Positions 55,035 through 64,000 of a stretch of DNA of 64,000 bases are shown one piece after another. Origin of the DNA: a virus. Position numbers and translations under genes: made by a program. Under the pieces are notes generated by a model. It saw only the letters and a list, made by a program, of their open reading frames with translations, did not search any database and was not told the origin of the DNA. The DNA lies in the IMG/VR virus record IMGVR_UViG_3300008108_000044, positions 1 to 64,000 of that record. One strand, given 5' to 3'. The first letter of the stretch is position 1. Every line of letters begins with the position of its first letter.

Positions 55035-58000
55035 TTGATCAACATTTATATGGACACCCTTCGGGGTGCAACCAACAGTTTTAATGTGGGGGAGACGCAC
55101 TTCTCTTGGGAAGAACGCCACCGTGGCAGTGACTACGGAAAGGCAAAGCAAGTGCTGACTCAACTTGACTCAAACTATGATCGCTGTGCTTGGTGGACTG
55201 ATGTATCTACTCGTACAGATAAGGATCATCACCACGATTCGATTATCCATGCTTGGTTGCTGACTCTTCCTGGCATCAAAAAGATTGGTCAAGAGACTTT
55301 TGAGTTTGATCCTAATCTCTATACTCTTGAGATCATTGCTCAGATGATCTATGAGAAGTTTTTCTCTGGCAAACAAGAAGAATACGAAGATTTTCTTCCT
55401 CGCCCCTATCAAAATAAATTCCTGGATAAGATCAGTCGTGCATGGAAGCAGGCAGAATATCTTGAGTTCCTTCTCTTTGCCAAGTGCCGTGCAGGTAAGT
55501 CTGCAATGGTCCTTAAGCATATCGTAGATAGCAATTATAAACTTTCGATTGTTTGTTCTCGTCAAAAATCTCCTGAGGGATCTTGGAAGAATGATGCTAA
55601 GAGGTTTTTCCGTACTATCAAATATATTTCTGTTAAGGACCCTTCTTGGGAGGTTCAACTTGAATATTGGATGCGGCGTGATGTAAATATCGTTCTCTGG
55701 GGTACGGTTCAAAGTATCATTAAGCGTCTTAACAAGATCAGCAACGTTGATTTTGTTGCTTTTGATGAAGCACATATTGGTGGCACGGCAGATCAATTTG
55801 TACAAGTTAAGAATGCATTGAATGCTCGTACTTGCTATATCTCTGGCACTGCTCATAAACTATGCTGGATGTTCCCTGAGGAAGATCAGAAGTTTGTTTA
55901 TACTTATTTTGATGAGCAACTAGATGTTCAGCGGGGAGTTTTTGAGCGCCCTAAGATGAATGTTGCTTTCGCAAAGTATCAAACTGCAGCATATCAGGAA
56001 TTGTTTGGTGACGATCCTGATGCAATGAAAAATATCTTTACTATGAAGGGTGATAAGTTCCTTCATGAGTCTCTTGTTCGTGAGTTTATTCACAACTACT
56101 TTGGTCCTCAGCGTGAGATTCGTATCGGAGATCGTCTTCTTAAAGGAACCTATCACATGATGGCAATGCCCAGTGTGAAGGCATGTCATGCATTTCAAGA
56201 GTTGGTTAGCTGCTATTATCCTGCTCTGGTAGTTACTTCCGATACTAAGAATGATCAAGATGATATTAATCGCTTTCTGGATGAACACTCTAAAGCACTC
56301 ATCATTACTCAGTCTGCAAATGTTCTTGGTGTGACTGCTAAGAAGATTGATACTGTTATCAACTGTCGTGGTGGAGAATCCATTGAGTTTTGGACTCAGT
56401 TTGCTTTCCGTGGTGGTTCAGGTGATCATGACTGGTGGGTGATTGATTTTGATGCTCAGCGGTGTCTCCGTGCTATTCACACTGCTTTCCAACTTGCATG
56501 TGATAATAATCCATCTCTTTCCCAATATAGTGTGGTGGACTTTACCAATATTCATGAGTGGAACAATGGATTTCAAATGCTTTCCAAAGAGATGCTTGAA
56601 GATGCTCTTGCTGCTGACGTTGAAGGAAGCATCTCTACCATCACCAGTATTGTAGAATCTCTGGATCTCAGTAAGATTAGTGATTTTAATCTAAAACTCA
56701 AAACCGATCTTTCCACGGTTATGAAAGAATCGCAACTTAACGATGAAGGTGCCAATAACAAAAGTTGCATCGTTCGGGAGACTGAACGTGTAAAAAAGTC
56801 TGATGACCTTGATACTCTGAAGAAGCAGACTGTCAAGGCACTGCTTGAATCCATTCCCTTGACCATGTTTTACATTATTCGTAATGGTCAAAATGTGTAC
56901 TCAATCAATGATGTTATTGGATCTGCAGTTTATCCTTCTGTCACGGGTGATTATGAAGGCATTCTTGATGAAGTGATCTCCAAGAATCCTCATAGCATTG
57001 AACTTTTGACTCGTCGTATTGGGATTGTCTCCAACAGCATTCAAAAAAGTATCAGGGAATCTGTTTCTCACACTATCAATGAACTGTCTGTTTCATCTCA
57101 AACTCAACAATGTATTCCTGTTGAACTTTTTGATTCTATGATTGACAACTGTAGTGACCTTTCTAACGTTTATATGTTTGGTGATCCTAGTGGTTCTCAT
57201 ACTGCCCGTCTTTTGGAAAGGGACGTGAACCCGAATAACATTACTGTGTGGGAGAGTTGCGACAGTCATCGTAATCGTGTAAAATATGTAAATGATAGTG
57301 TCAACGTTGTTGGTTCTCACCCAAATATGAAGTTTACTGCTATTCTTGCCAATCCCCCATATAACGACCCAACCAAAAAAGCGAAGAACAATAAACTTTG
57401 GCCTATTGTGGTTGAACAACATCTTGAATTGATTGCTCCTGGTGGAGATTTGTGTGAAGTTACTCCCGCATCTGTTCTTGGAACCACTGGTAAGGGTAAA
57501 AAGTTTATGAAGTTGTTCTCTACAAAGTATAATCTAAAAATGATTGATTATACTGCGGATGATTATTTTACGGAAGGTGTTGCTATTTGTCGTTGGCATC
57601 TTACGAATGAACCTTATCAGGGTAAAACCACTGTCATTACTCATGATGGTTCCTTCACTTGGGATTTGCGTGATGGTCTTCCTGTTGTTGGAGATGCCGC
57701 TCTCAAGCATTCTATTCTTAATAAAATTGCCAACTCCAGTCATCCTCGTATTCCTCTGAAGATGGGTCAAGCAATTGGCAAGGAAGATCACATTCCTGAT
57801 GGTAAGTATGAGATTTACCACTCTTCTAAAAAAATTAAACGTACTAATATTGTTCCTACAACAGGAGATATGCTAAAGTTTATTGTTCCATTCTCTTCTA
57901 CTTATAAGAGTGGTGGTATCTTTACCTCTAATGGATGTGTTGGTATGTTTAATTGTTGGTGTCCCATTACTTCGGAGGAAGAAGGAGATCGTCTTAGTAA

Positions 58001-58178
58001 AATCTTTGACAATAAAATCATTCAGTTCTTTATTGATAATTATAAAAAGACTGCAGGATTTACTCCTGCCATTAAGAATGGTGAGGTTCCTGATATTACT
58101 GATTACACTAATTTGATTGAACAGTTTGGTTTTACTGAAGAAGAAGTTGAATATTTGAATCGTATCAATGTCATCTAA
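55035..58178 (+). CDS. Fused GIY-YIG-like nuclease / SF2 (type III Res-like) helicase / N6-adenine methyltransferase-TRD protein
   Basis: IY..VGET N-terminus; PRPYQ, AKCRAGKS, DEAH, SGT, Q...RG; ILANPPY and VTP. Confidence 0.7.
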   Translation: MINIYMDTLRGATNSFNVGETHFSWEERHRGSDYGKAKQVLTQLDSNYDRCAWWTDVSTRTDKDHHHDSIIHAWLLTLPGIKKIGQETFEFDPNLYTLEIIAQMIYEKFFSGKQEEYEDFLPRPYQNKFLDKISRAWKQAEYLEFLLFAKCRAGKSAMVLKHIVDSNYKLSIVCSRQKSPEGSWKNDAKRFFRTIKYISVKDPSWEVQLEYWMRRDVNIVLWGTVQSIIKRLNKISNVDFVAFDEAHIGGTADQFVQVKNALNARTCYISGTAHKLCWMFPEEDQKFVYTYFDEQLDVQRGVFERPKMNVAFAKYQTAAYQELFGDDPDAMKNIFTMKGDKFLHESLVREFIHNYFGPQREIRIGDRLLKGTYHMMAMPSVKACHAFQELVSCYYPALVVTSDTKNDQDDINRFLDEHSKALIITQSANVLGVTAKKIDTVINCRGGESIEFWTQFAFRGGSGDHDWWVIDFDAQRCLRAIHTAFQLACDNNPSLSQYSVVDFTNIHEWNNGFQMLSKEMLEDALAADVEGSISTITSIVESLDLSKISDFNLKLKTDLSTVMKESQLNDEGANNKSCIVRETERVKKSDDLDTLKKQTVKALLESIPLTMFYIIRNGQNVYSINDVIGSAVYPSVTGDYEGILDEVISKNPHSIELLTRRIGIVSNSIQKSIRESVSHTINELSVSSQTQQCIPVELFDSMIDNCSDLSNVYMFGDPSGSHTARLLERDVNPNNITVWESCDSHRNRVKYVNDSVNVVGSHPNMKFTAILANPPYNDPTKKAKNNKLWPIVVEQHLELIAPGGDLCEVTPASVLGTTGKGKKFMKLFSTKYNLKMIDYTADDYFTEGVAICRWHLTNEPYQGKTTVITHDGSFTWDLRDGLPVVGDAALKHSILNKIANSSHPRIPLKMGQAIGKEDHIPDGKYEIYHSSKKIKRTNIVPTTGDMLKFIVPFSSTYKSGGIFTSNGCVGMFNCWCPITSEEEGDRLSKIFDNKIIQFFIDNYKKTAGFTPAIKNGEVPDITDYTNLIEQFGFTEEEVEYLNRINVI

Positions 58179-58584
58179 AAATAAACATAACAAGCAACAT
58201 GGATCTAAATTAGATAGATCTGATGAGAGAATTAAACAAACTCAGGAAGTTTTTACACCTCCTGAGTTGATTGATAAGATGATTTTGGATCTTCCAGAAG
58301 AAGTTCTAAAAAATCCAAATTCTAAATTTATTGATAATTGTGCTGGTGATGGTAATTTTTTAATTCAATTACTTCAGGCACTTAGAAAGTATCATAGTGA
58401 ACAGCATATTGTAGATAACATGTTGTATGCTGTAGAATTAATGGAAGACAATCATAAAGAATTGTGTAGGAGACTTGACGTTCCAACAAATCACCCCCAT
58501 TATGTGTGCTATAATGCCCTTGAGTATCACTACAGGTTTGATGGGACGCTAGGACCAACTACTTTAGACCAATTCTATAACTGA
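58168..58584 (+). CDS. Stand-alone SAM-binding half of an N6-adenine DNA methyltransferase
   Basis: EVFTP (motif X), IDNCAGDGNF (motif I), YAVEL (II), NAL; no NPPY. Confidence 0.7.
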   Translation: MSSKNKHNKQHGSKLDRSDERIKQTQEVFTPPELIDKMILDLPEEVLKNPNSKFIDNCAGDGNFLIQLLQALRKYHSEQHIVDNMLYAVELMEDNHKELCRRLDVPTNHPHYVCYNALEYHYRFDGTLGPTTLDQFYN

Positions 58585-58636
58585 CCACTAGCTCCCCTCT
58601 GGGGGGCAAATTTTGCTGTATAATATTCCTATCGTT

Positions 58637-59875
58637 ATGACACCCATGCAACTTCGTCCCCACCAATCCGAAGCACTTGCCATCATGGAGCGTATCCTCA
58701 AGGGTATGATAGTGGTTCCCACTGGCGGTGGTAAGTCCCTGATTGCTATCATGGATGCTGTACGCCAATTCCTTTTTGGCAATAAGACCATTGTAGTGGT
58801 TGCTCCTCGCCTCATGCTTGCTCGTCAGTTGTCTGCCGAGTTTACTGAGCACATTACAAATGCTTCTGTGATGCATGTCCACTCTGGTAAAGATCTTCCT
58901 TACTTCACCAGTACCAAACCAAATGAGATCTTCTCCTGGTGCTATCATACTAAAGGTAACAAGTTGATCTTTACCACGTACCAATCTTTGCATCGTATTC
59001 AAGAAGCAAACATTGCTGTTGATACTATCTACTATGATGAAGCGCACAATTCTGTTAAAAAGAGTTACTTCCCTTCCGTCAAGCATTTCTCTGCTGTTGC
59101 TGACCGCAGTTATTTCTTCACTGCTACTCCTAAGTATTCTTCCACTCCTGCCAAACCTGGGATGAACGATACTAGTGTGTATGGTGGCATTATCTACAAT
59201 GTCCCTGCTCCACGCCTTGTCAAGAATGGTTCTATCCTTCCTCCTAAGATCAATGCCATCAATGTTGGTGGCATTCGTCTGAAGGGCGAGGAGGCAGCAG
59301 AGAGGGATTGCATGACCCTTCTGGACACTCTGTACAACGAAGATTGTATGGAGAAGGTGCTGATTGCTGCTCCTAACACAAAGGTCATGATTCGTATGCT
59401 TGCGGAGACTGACTTTATGAAGGAAGTTCAGTCAATGGGTTACGATCTTCTTTGGATCACTAGCAAGCATGGTGCATTCCTTAATGACAAGAAGATCACT
59501 CGTGAGCACTTCTTTAACCTTGTCCGCGAGTTTGGTGCTGATCCTGATAAGAAGTTTATTGTTCTTCACTACTCTATTCTCAGCGAAGGTATCTCTGTCC
59601 CTGGTCTTACTTCTCTGGTTCTTATGCGTCAGATGAACGTGATTGAGATGTGTCAGTCTGTTGGTCGTGTTATTCGTCTCCATCTTGACGATGTGAAGCG
59701 TATTCAGGATGGTACTCTGACTCCTGGTAACCTACAGGATTACACCAAATCGTTTGGTTTGGTCCATGTTCCTGTGTACAGCAACGTTGGTATTGCCACT
59801 GTTAAACGCCTACAAAACGTGGTTGACACTGTGTTTGTTGAAGGTCAACCTGCAATCTCTACTATTAAGAGGTAA
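58637..59875 (+). CDS. DEAD/DEAH-box SF2 helicase
   Basis: LRPHQ, PTGGGKS, DEAH, TAT, LSEGI, QSVGRVIR. Confidence 0.9.
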   Translation: MTPMQLRPHQSEALAIMERILKGMIVVPTGGGKSLIAIMDAVRQFLFGNKTIVVVAPRLMLARQLSAEFTEHITNASVMHVHSGKDLPYFTSTKPNEIFSWCYHTKGNKLIFTTYQSLHRIQEANIAVDTIYYDEAHNSVKKSYFPSVKHFSAVADRSYFFTATPKYSSTPAKPGMNDTSVYGGIIYNVPAPRLVKNGSILPPKINAINVGGIRLKGEEAAERDCMTLLDTLYNEDCMEKVLIAAPNTKVMIRMLAETDFMKEVQSMGYDLLWITSKHGAFLNDKKITREHFFNLVREFGADPDKKFIVLHYSILSEGISVPGLTSLVLMRQMNVIEMCQSVGRVIRLHLDDVKRIQDGTLTPGNLQDYTKSFGLVHVPVYSNVGIATVKRLQNVVDTVFVEGQPAISTIKR

Positions 59876-59877
59876 TT

Positions 59878-60051
59878 ATGTTAGAAGGATTTGTAACAAA
59901 AGATGGTTATGCTGCCGTACCATTTGGCAAACAACTTATGATCATCTATAATGGAGAGCAACTGGAAGTATGTAAAACTATCAGATCTGCTAACAATTTT
60001 ATCAAGAAACACCGCTCACAACCTCAATCTGGAACTGTATTTGTAAAATGA
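59878..60051 (+). CDS. Small cyanophage protein (57 aa; not in ORF track)
   Basis: MLEGFVTKDGYAAVPFGKQLMIIYNGEQL...; GAGG RBS. Confidence 0.6.
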   Translation: MLEGFVTKDGYAAVPFGKQLMIIYNGEQLEVCKTIRSANNFIKKHRSQPQSGTVFVK

Positions 60052-60242
60052 AAACTAAATTTGTTTGTGTAAGTCCTATTAGTAAGGAAGCAAAATTCAA
60101 GTTCAATTCCGATATGCTTCAATTTCACTCTTGTAGGGTTAAAGAGGAAGATTCTTCCCGTTACTACCTTGAGTCTTTGAACAAATCTTATTACTTCTGG
60201 GTTGATAAGAAATCAGATCCTAATTGGAGAATTGAAAAATGA
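60048..60242 (+). CDS. Hypothetical cyanophage protein
   Basis: V.PIS..AK..F...L.SLN..Y.FWV...D.NW. Confidence 0.55.
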   Translation: MKTKFVCVSPISKEAKFKFNSDMLQFHSCRVKEEDSSRYYLESLNKSYYFWVDKKSDPNWRIEK

Positions 60243-60463
60243 AATTGGAACCATCTTCTGATCCTAGTACTTTGGTTAAAATTACGGTTGATCAGGAAGG
60301 ACTACGGACAATGATTAAAGCTGCAATTTGTGCCATTAGATATGGTGAAGATTGGAATTTTGGAGATGAGTATGATCTAGATCTCACTCCATATCATGAC
60401 ATGCGAGATCGTCTTATTGAAAAATACAGGGAGGTTTATTCCGATGAAAATTTCACAATCTGA
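60239..60463 (+). CDS. Hypothetical protein
   Basis: ORF in an overlapping operon. Confidence 0.45.
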   Translation: MKLEPSSDPSTLVKITVDQEGLRTMIKAAICAIRYGEDWNFGDEYDLDLTPYHDMRDRLIEKYREVYSDENFTI

Positions 60464-60626
60464 ACTTAAGCACCAACGTCTTCAGGCATGGTTGCGTGAA
60501 CATGAGTGTGATGATATTGAATATCTTGGTGAGAAAGGTGGTGAATACTGGTATCGTATTGGACCACATGAAATTACATCCGACCAATTTGAAGACATTG
60601 AATTCGTCGGTATGGTAGATGATTAA
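60444..60626 (+). CDS. Hypothetical cyanophage protein
   Basis: H.RLQAWLRE...EYLG...WY.I; GGAGG RBS. Confidence 0.55.
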   Translation: MKISQSELKHQRLQAWLREHECDDIEYLGEKGGEYWYRIGPHEITSDQFEDIEFVGMVDD

Positions 60627-61104
60627 ACAATTTTTTGTAGAGGATGAAGTAAGCGATTACTTTAATCTTCTACTTCTTTTTGTTTCTGATAACGCCGATG
60701 TCTATAAAGACTCTAAAAATAGTTCTTTAAGTAGTAATTGTTTTTCTACATTAAATCTTTTAGATAAAGTACCATCGGAAAAATTTTATAACTATATTGG
60801 TATTCTTTTATCTTTATGTCAACGCGAGTTGAATTTAAACTTGGAATATTTTTATATTCATATGGTAAACTATGAGAATGGTGGTGACATGAAAATTCAC
60901 CAACATATTCACAATGAGGATTATAGTTTCATATTATATTTAAATTCCTGCACAGACGGAAATACCATTCTTCACTTGGATAATAAAACACATAAAGTAA
61001 TTCCTGTTAAAAATAAGGTTTTACTATTCCCATCAAATATTCCTCACTCTGCAGAATATTCAAACTCTAAAAAAGTTTTGGTTGGTGGATTAAAATTAAA
61101 ATAA
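60619..61104 (+). CDS. Putative 2OG-Fe(II) oxygenase
   Basis: HQH..EDYSFILYLN..G.T, LFPS...H, K.VLVGG. Confidence 0.7.
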   Translation: MIKQFFVEDEVSDYFNLLLLFVSDNADVYKDSKNSSLSSNCFSTLNLLDKVPSEKFYNYIGILLSLCQRELNLNLEYFYIHMVNYENGGDMKIHQHIHNEDYSFILYLNSCTDGNTILHLDNKTHKVIPVKNKVLLFPSNIPHSAEYSNSKKVLVGGLKLK

Positions 61105-61115
61105 AGAGAGAACTT

Positions 61116-61298
61116 ATGGAAAAAGAACAAAAACGTCGTGATGCATTCAACCTTTTTTATGAAAGTGTTCTAAAACCTGATCATGATTTAAGGCAACAAG
61201 CGCACGAGCAAAAATGTTTTCATGAACTTATGGAGTGGAGGGAAGAAATTTTACATTATCTAGATAAGAAAAGAGCAGAAGATTTTACATATGAGTAA
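61116..61298 (+). CDS. Conserved cyanophage hypothetical protein
   Basis: F.ESVLKPD..LRQ.AH.Q.CF.ELMEWR. Confidence 0.6.
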   Translation: MEKEQKRRDAFNLFYESVLKPDHDLRQQAHEQKCFHELMEWREEILHYLDKKRAEDFTYE

Positions 61299-61303
61299 TT
61301 AAT

Positions 61304-62122
61304 ATGCTAAAAGTACCTCATGAAATACAACTACATGTAACACACTCTTGCAATTTAACTTGCGAGGGATGCACTCATTATATGAACCAAGGACACTCTG
61401 GTTCTGTAACTTTAGAAGAAGCTGCAAAATGGATGGATAACTGGAATACAAAAGTCCTTCCAATGAGGTTTACTCTGATGGGTGGTGAACCAGCACTACA
61501 CCCAGATCTGGTGGAGTTTGTTTATTTGGCAAGGAAGAAATGGCCAAATTCGTATCTTGATTTGATATCGAATGGTTTTTATTTGTATAAACACCCAGAT
61601 CTTTGGAAGGCATTAAAAGAAACTAAGACAACCTTAGGAGTCTCTGTACATTCGGATGGAGATCCTGAGTATAGAAAAAAGTTTGAACCAGTCTACCAGT
61701 TAATGAAGGAGTGGATTGCAAAAGGTGCTCCAGTTGAGATGAGACCCTCAATTATTCACTGGATCAGGCAATACAAAGGATTTGGGGATAAAATGGAACC
61801 GTATGAGGACAATGATCCAAAAAAAAGTTGGAAATATTGTGTCTCAAAATTGTGTGTGCAATTACATGAAAACAAGTTGTGGAAGTGTCCAGCGTTAGCA
61901 TATTTGCCGATGCAAGCAGAAAAATATAATCTTTCTGAAAAATGGGATCCATATCTTAAATATGTTCCGTTAAATAGTGATTGTACAAAAGAGGAATTGA
62001 AGGACTTTTTTACTCGTAAAGAAGAGTCTTTTTGTTCTATGTGCCCTGCAAAAGAAGAATTCTTTACTCCACAAAATCCATTATTACCAGTAAGTTATTG
62101 GAAAAAGTTATATGACACTTGA
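61304..62122 (+). CDS. Radical SAM protein
   Basis: CNLTCEGC (Cx3Cx2C), GGEP, SNG, C-terminal Cys cluster. Confidence 0.88.
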   Translation: MLKVPHEIQLHVTHSCNLTCEGCTHYMNQGHSGSVTLEEAAKWMDNWNTKVLPMRFTLMGGEPALHPDLVEFVYLARKKWPNSYLDLISNGFYLYKHPDLWKALKETKTTLGVSVHSDGDPEYRKKFEPVYQLMKEWIAKGAPVEMRPSIIHWIRQYKGFGDKMEPYEDNDPKKSWKYCVSKLCVQLHENKLWKCPALAYLPMQAEKYNLSEKWDPYLKYVPLNSDCTKEELKDFFTRKEESFCSMCPAKEEFFTPQNPLLPVSYWKKLYDT

Positions 62123-62762
62123 TATATCACCAATCTATCCTGAGGATCCAAGAGTCATAGAACATTTTGATTTCTGTGGTAATACAATTTATAGGGCATA
62201 TAATCTTTTAAGTAAATATGATATGCGTAATTTACTAGAAGAGGTTGATAATGAACTTGAAGTTTGTGAAGACAAATGGGATTTGTCTGTTGAAGCAACA
62301 AATAGATTATCGCAACGTAAATTGTGGTATAAAAAAAGCTGGACAAACTTTTTTAAGATGGTGAAAAAACATCTTTATAATTATTCAGAAATAACTAATG
62401 ACCCCAAAGTTAAAGAATATAAGGTCCAATCATATTGGGCAAAAAGAATGAGGGGCACAACTGAAGAAAATTATGGGAATGAATTGTATATAAATTATGG
62501 CAACAGTCATAGTCATGACAATTTTGATCTTGGAATGATTTATTATTTAAAAAACCCATCAAGAATATATGGAACCTTAATTGAGAATAAGGACAGAGAA
62601 ATTATTATTCCTGGAGATGAAAATTCTTTACTAATACATCATTCACATATAAATCATCAACCAGTGATGCCACCACCAATTGTGGCAAATCAATATTATA
62701 GATGTGTTATAGTTGTTGATTTTATGCATCCATCAAAGGTAGATTACTATGAAGGCAAATGA
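62112..62762 (+). CDS. Putative 2OG-Fe(II) oxygenase-like protein
   Basis: HSH...IYYL..P...GT...H.P...R. Confidence 0.5.
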   Translation: MTLDISPIYPEDPRVIEHFDFCGNTIYRAYNLLSKYDMRNLLEEVDNELEVCEDKWDLSVEATNRLSQRKLWYKKSWTNFFKMVKKHLYNYSEITNDPKVKEYKVQSYWAKRMRGTTEENYGNELYINYGNSHSHDNFDLGMIYYLKNPSRIYGTLIENKDREIIIPGDENSLLIHHSHINHQPVMPPPIVANQYYRCVIVVDFMHPSKVDYYEGK

Positions 62763-62982
62763 TAGAATAAAATATGCAACTATTGTTGAAAAAATTAATA
62801 AAAGAAGAATATCTGAATTAACAGAAGAAGAATATGATTGGTTGAAGTATCATCCAGATTTAATTGCTAAGATAAAATTCCAAAAACAAAAGAATGACAT
62901 AATTAAGTCAAGTTCTGGCAATAAAGATACAATAGAAGAGATTTTATTTGAATTGGACTTGTCAGATCGGATGTTTAGATGA
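62749..62982 (+). CDS. Hypothetical protein
   Basis: ORF only. Confidence 0.4.
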   Translation: MKANDRIKYATIVEKINKRRISELTEEEYDWLKYHPDLIAKIKFQKQKNDIIKSSSGNKDTIEEILFELDLSDRMFR

Positions 62983-63010
62983 TATAATGGGTTGATACTT
63001 TTTATTGAGT

Positions 63011-63751
63011 ATGGATTATTTTTTTCCAGTAATTCATAATATTTCTCAAGTTCTGAGGGAATTAAAACAATTAGATTACAATATCATTAATCAGGATCAA
63101 TTTTCTATTGTGAATTGTAATAATATAGATTCTCCACTCTTACGGGAAATTAAAGGAATTGCTTTTGATCTTAATGGAAACATTATTGCAAGACCATATC
63201 ATCGGGCATTTACTTTAGATACTCATGATGAGACGGAATATAATAAAACCATAAAGCAATTAAAAAAACTTAATGTTTTTTTAGAAAAACTTGATGGCAC
63301 AATGATTTATCCAGTACCAACTCCTTATGGATATAGATTAACATCTAAAGATGGTATCGGAAGTGCGTCTCTTAATGCTGAAGTTTTTATTGCGAATAAA
63401 ACCCAGTATAATGAGTTTATAAAAATATGTTTGTCTAAAAATTGCACACCCATATTTGAGTGGTGTTCTTTACAGAATAAAATAGTGGTAGAATATCCAG
63501 AAGAAAACTTAATTCTTACTGGATTGCGTAATGTTAAAACTGGTGTATATTGCAAATATAAATTTCTTCGTAAACTTGCCACTAACTTAAAAATTCCTGT
63601 GGTAAATAAAGTGTGTGTTGATTACTATGATATTGGATCTTACATTAACACAATAAAAACACAAAAAGAATCAGAAGGAGTAGTTGTAAAATTTGATAGT
63701 GGACATATGTTTTATATTAAATCGGAAGAATACTTAAAACAACGAAGTTAA
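63011..63751 (+). CDS. T4 Rnl1-type RNA ligase (nucleotidyltransferase domain)
   Basis: RE..GI.F, EKLDGT (motif I), FEW, EGVVVK, KS..Y. Confidence 0.8.
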   Translation: MDYFFPVIHNISQVLRELKQLDYNIINQDQFSIVNCNNIDSPLLREIKGIAFDLNGNIIARPYHRAFTLDTHDETEYNKTIKQLKKLNVFLEKLDGTMIYPVPTPYGYRLTSKDGIGSASLNAEVFIANKTQYNEFIKICLSKNCTPIFEWCSLQNKIVVEYPEENLILTGLRNVKTGVYCKYKFLRKLATNLKIPVVNKVCVDYYDIGSYINTIKTQKESEGVVVKFDSGHMFYIKSEEYLKQRS

Positions 63752-63756
63752 CTTCT

Positions 63757-64000
63757 ATGGAACATCTAAAAATCAGACCACATCAAACAGTGTTGGTATT
63801 AAACTCTAGTTATGAACCAATTAATTTTACTAATTGGAAAAGAGCAGTTATTTTGGTTTTAAAAGAAAAAGTTCAAGTTATATCTGAGAGAGTAATTAGG
63901 CTTCTTAATTACATTAAAGTTCCAGTTGACTATGCTGCAAAATGTAAACCATCCAGAACTGCAATATACAAAAGAGATCGTAATACTTGCCAATATTGTG
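63757..64000 (+). CDS. HNH endonuclease (partial, runs off the window)
   Basis: VLVLNSSYEP...WKRA...VIRL...SR..IYKRD..CQYC. Confidence 0.8.
   Translation, partial: MEHLKIRPHQTVLVLNSSYEPINFTNWKRAVILVLKEKVQVISERVIRLLNYIKVPVDYAAKCKPSRTAIYKRDRNTCQYC

Noticed and set aside
55170-59683. Long antisense ORFs (228, 122 and 175 aa)
   Set aside because: Shadows of helicase genes caused by codon bias; no motifs
1-64000. Stop-codon recoding, introns/inteins, diversity-generating retroelement
   Set aside because: Core genes are intact in the standard code; no reverse transcriptase, splice motifs or template/variable repeat pair noticed by eye

Overview
64 kb of an AT-rich T4-like cyanomyovirus (Kyanoviridae-type) genome. 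The assignment rests on T4 core genes (gp32, gp33, gp59, gp2, gp4, gp48, gp53, gp54, gp26, gp51, gp5, thyX, phoH) together with cyanobacterial-type auxiliary genes (CP12, a ferredoxin-dependent bilin reductase, DUF1825, DUF4278). Layout: (1) ~0-19 kb accessory island for glycan/surface modification: GT9-like transferase, split HldE plus HldD ADP-heptose enzymes, three carbamoyltransferases, a flavin-dependent halogenase, many 2OG-Fe(II) oxygenases, a sulfotransferase and SpeD; (2) ~20.2-21.0 kb compact nitrogen-responsive cassette; (3) replication and late-transcription genes; (4) baseplate/tail module; (5) three tRNAs; (6) a large tail fibre; (7) a nuclease-helicase-methyltransferase locus and small early genes, ending in an RNA ligase and a partial HNH gene. 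Top finding: the cassette at 20186-21000 has an NtcA box, a promoter, two tandem glutamine (glnA-type) riboswitch-like aptamers whose P2 loops each enclose a small protein-coding ORF (the two ORFs look paralogous), a DUF4278 gene, a basic peptide and a terminator. Other strong candidates are a -1 slippery site fusing gp26 to gp51 and an apparently split N6-adenine methyltransferase. All family calls come from motif recognition by eye; no searches were run.
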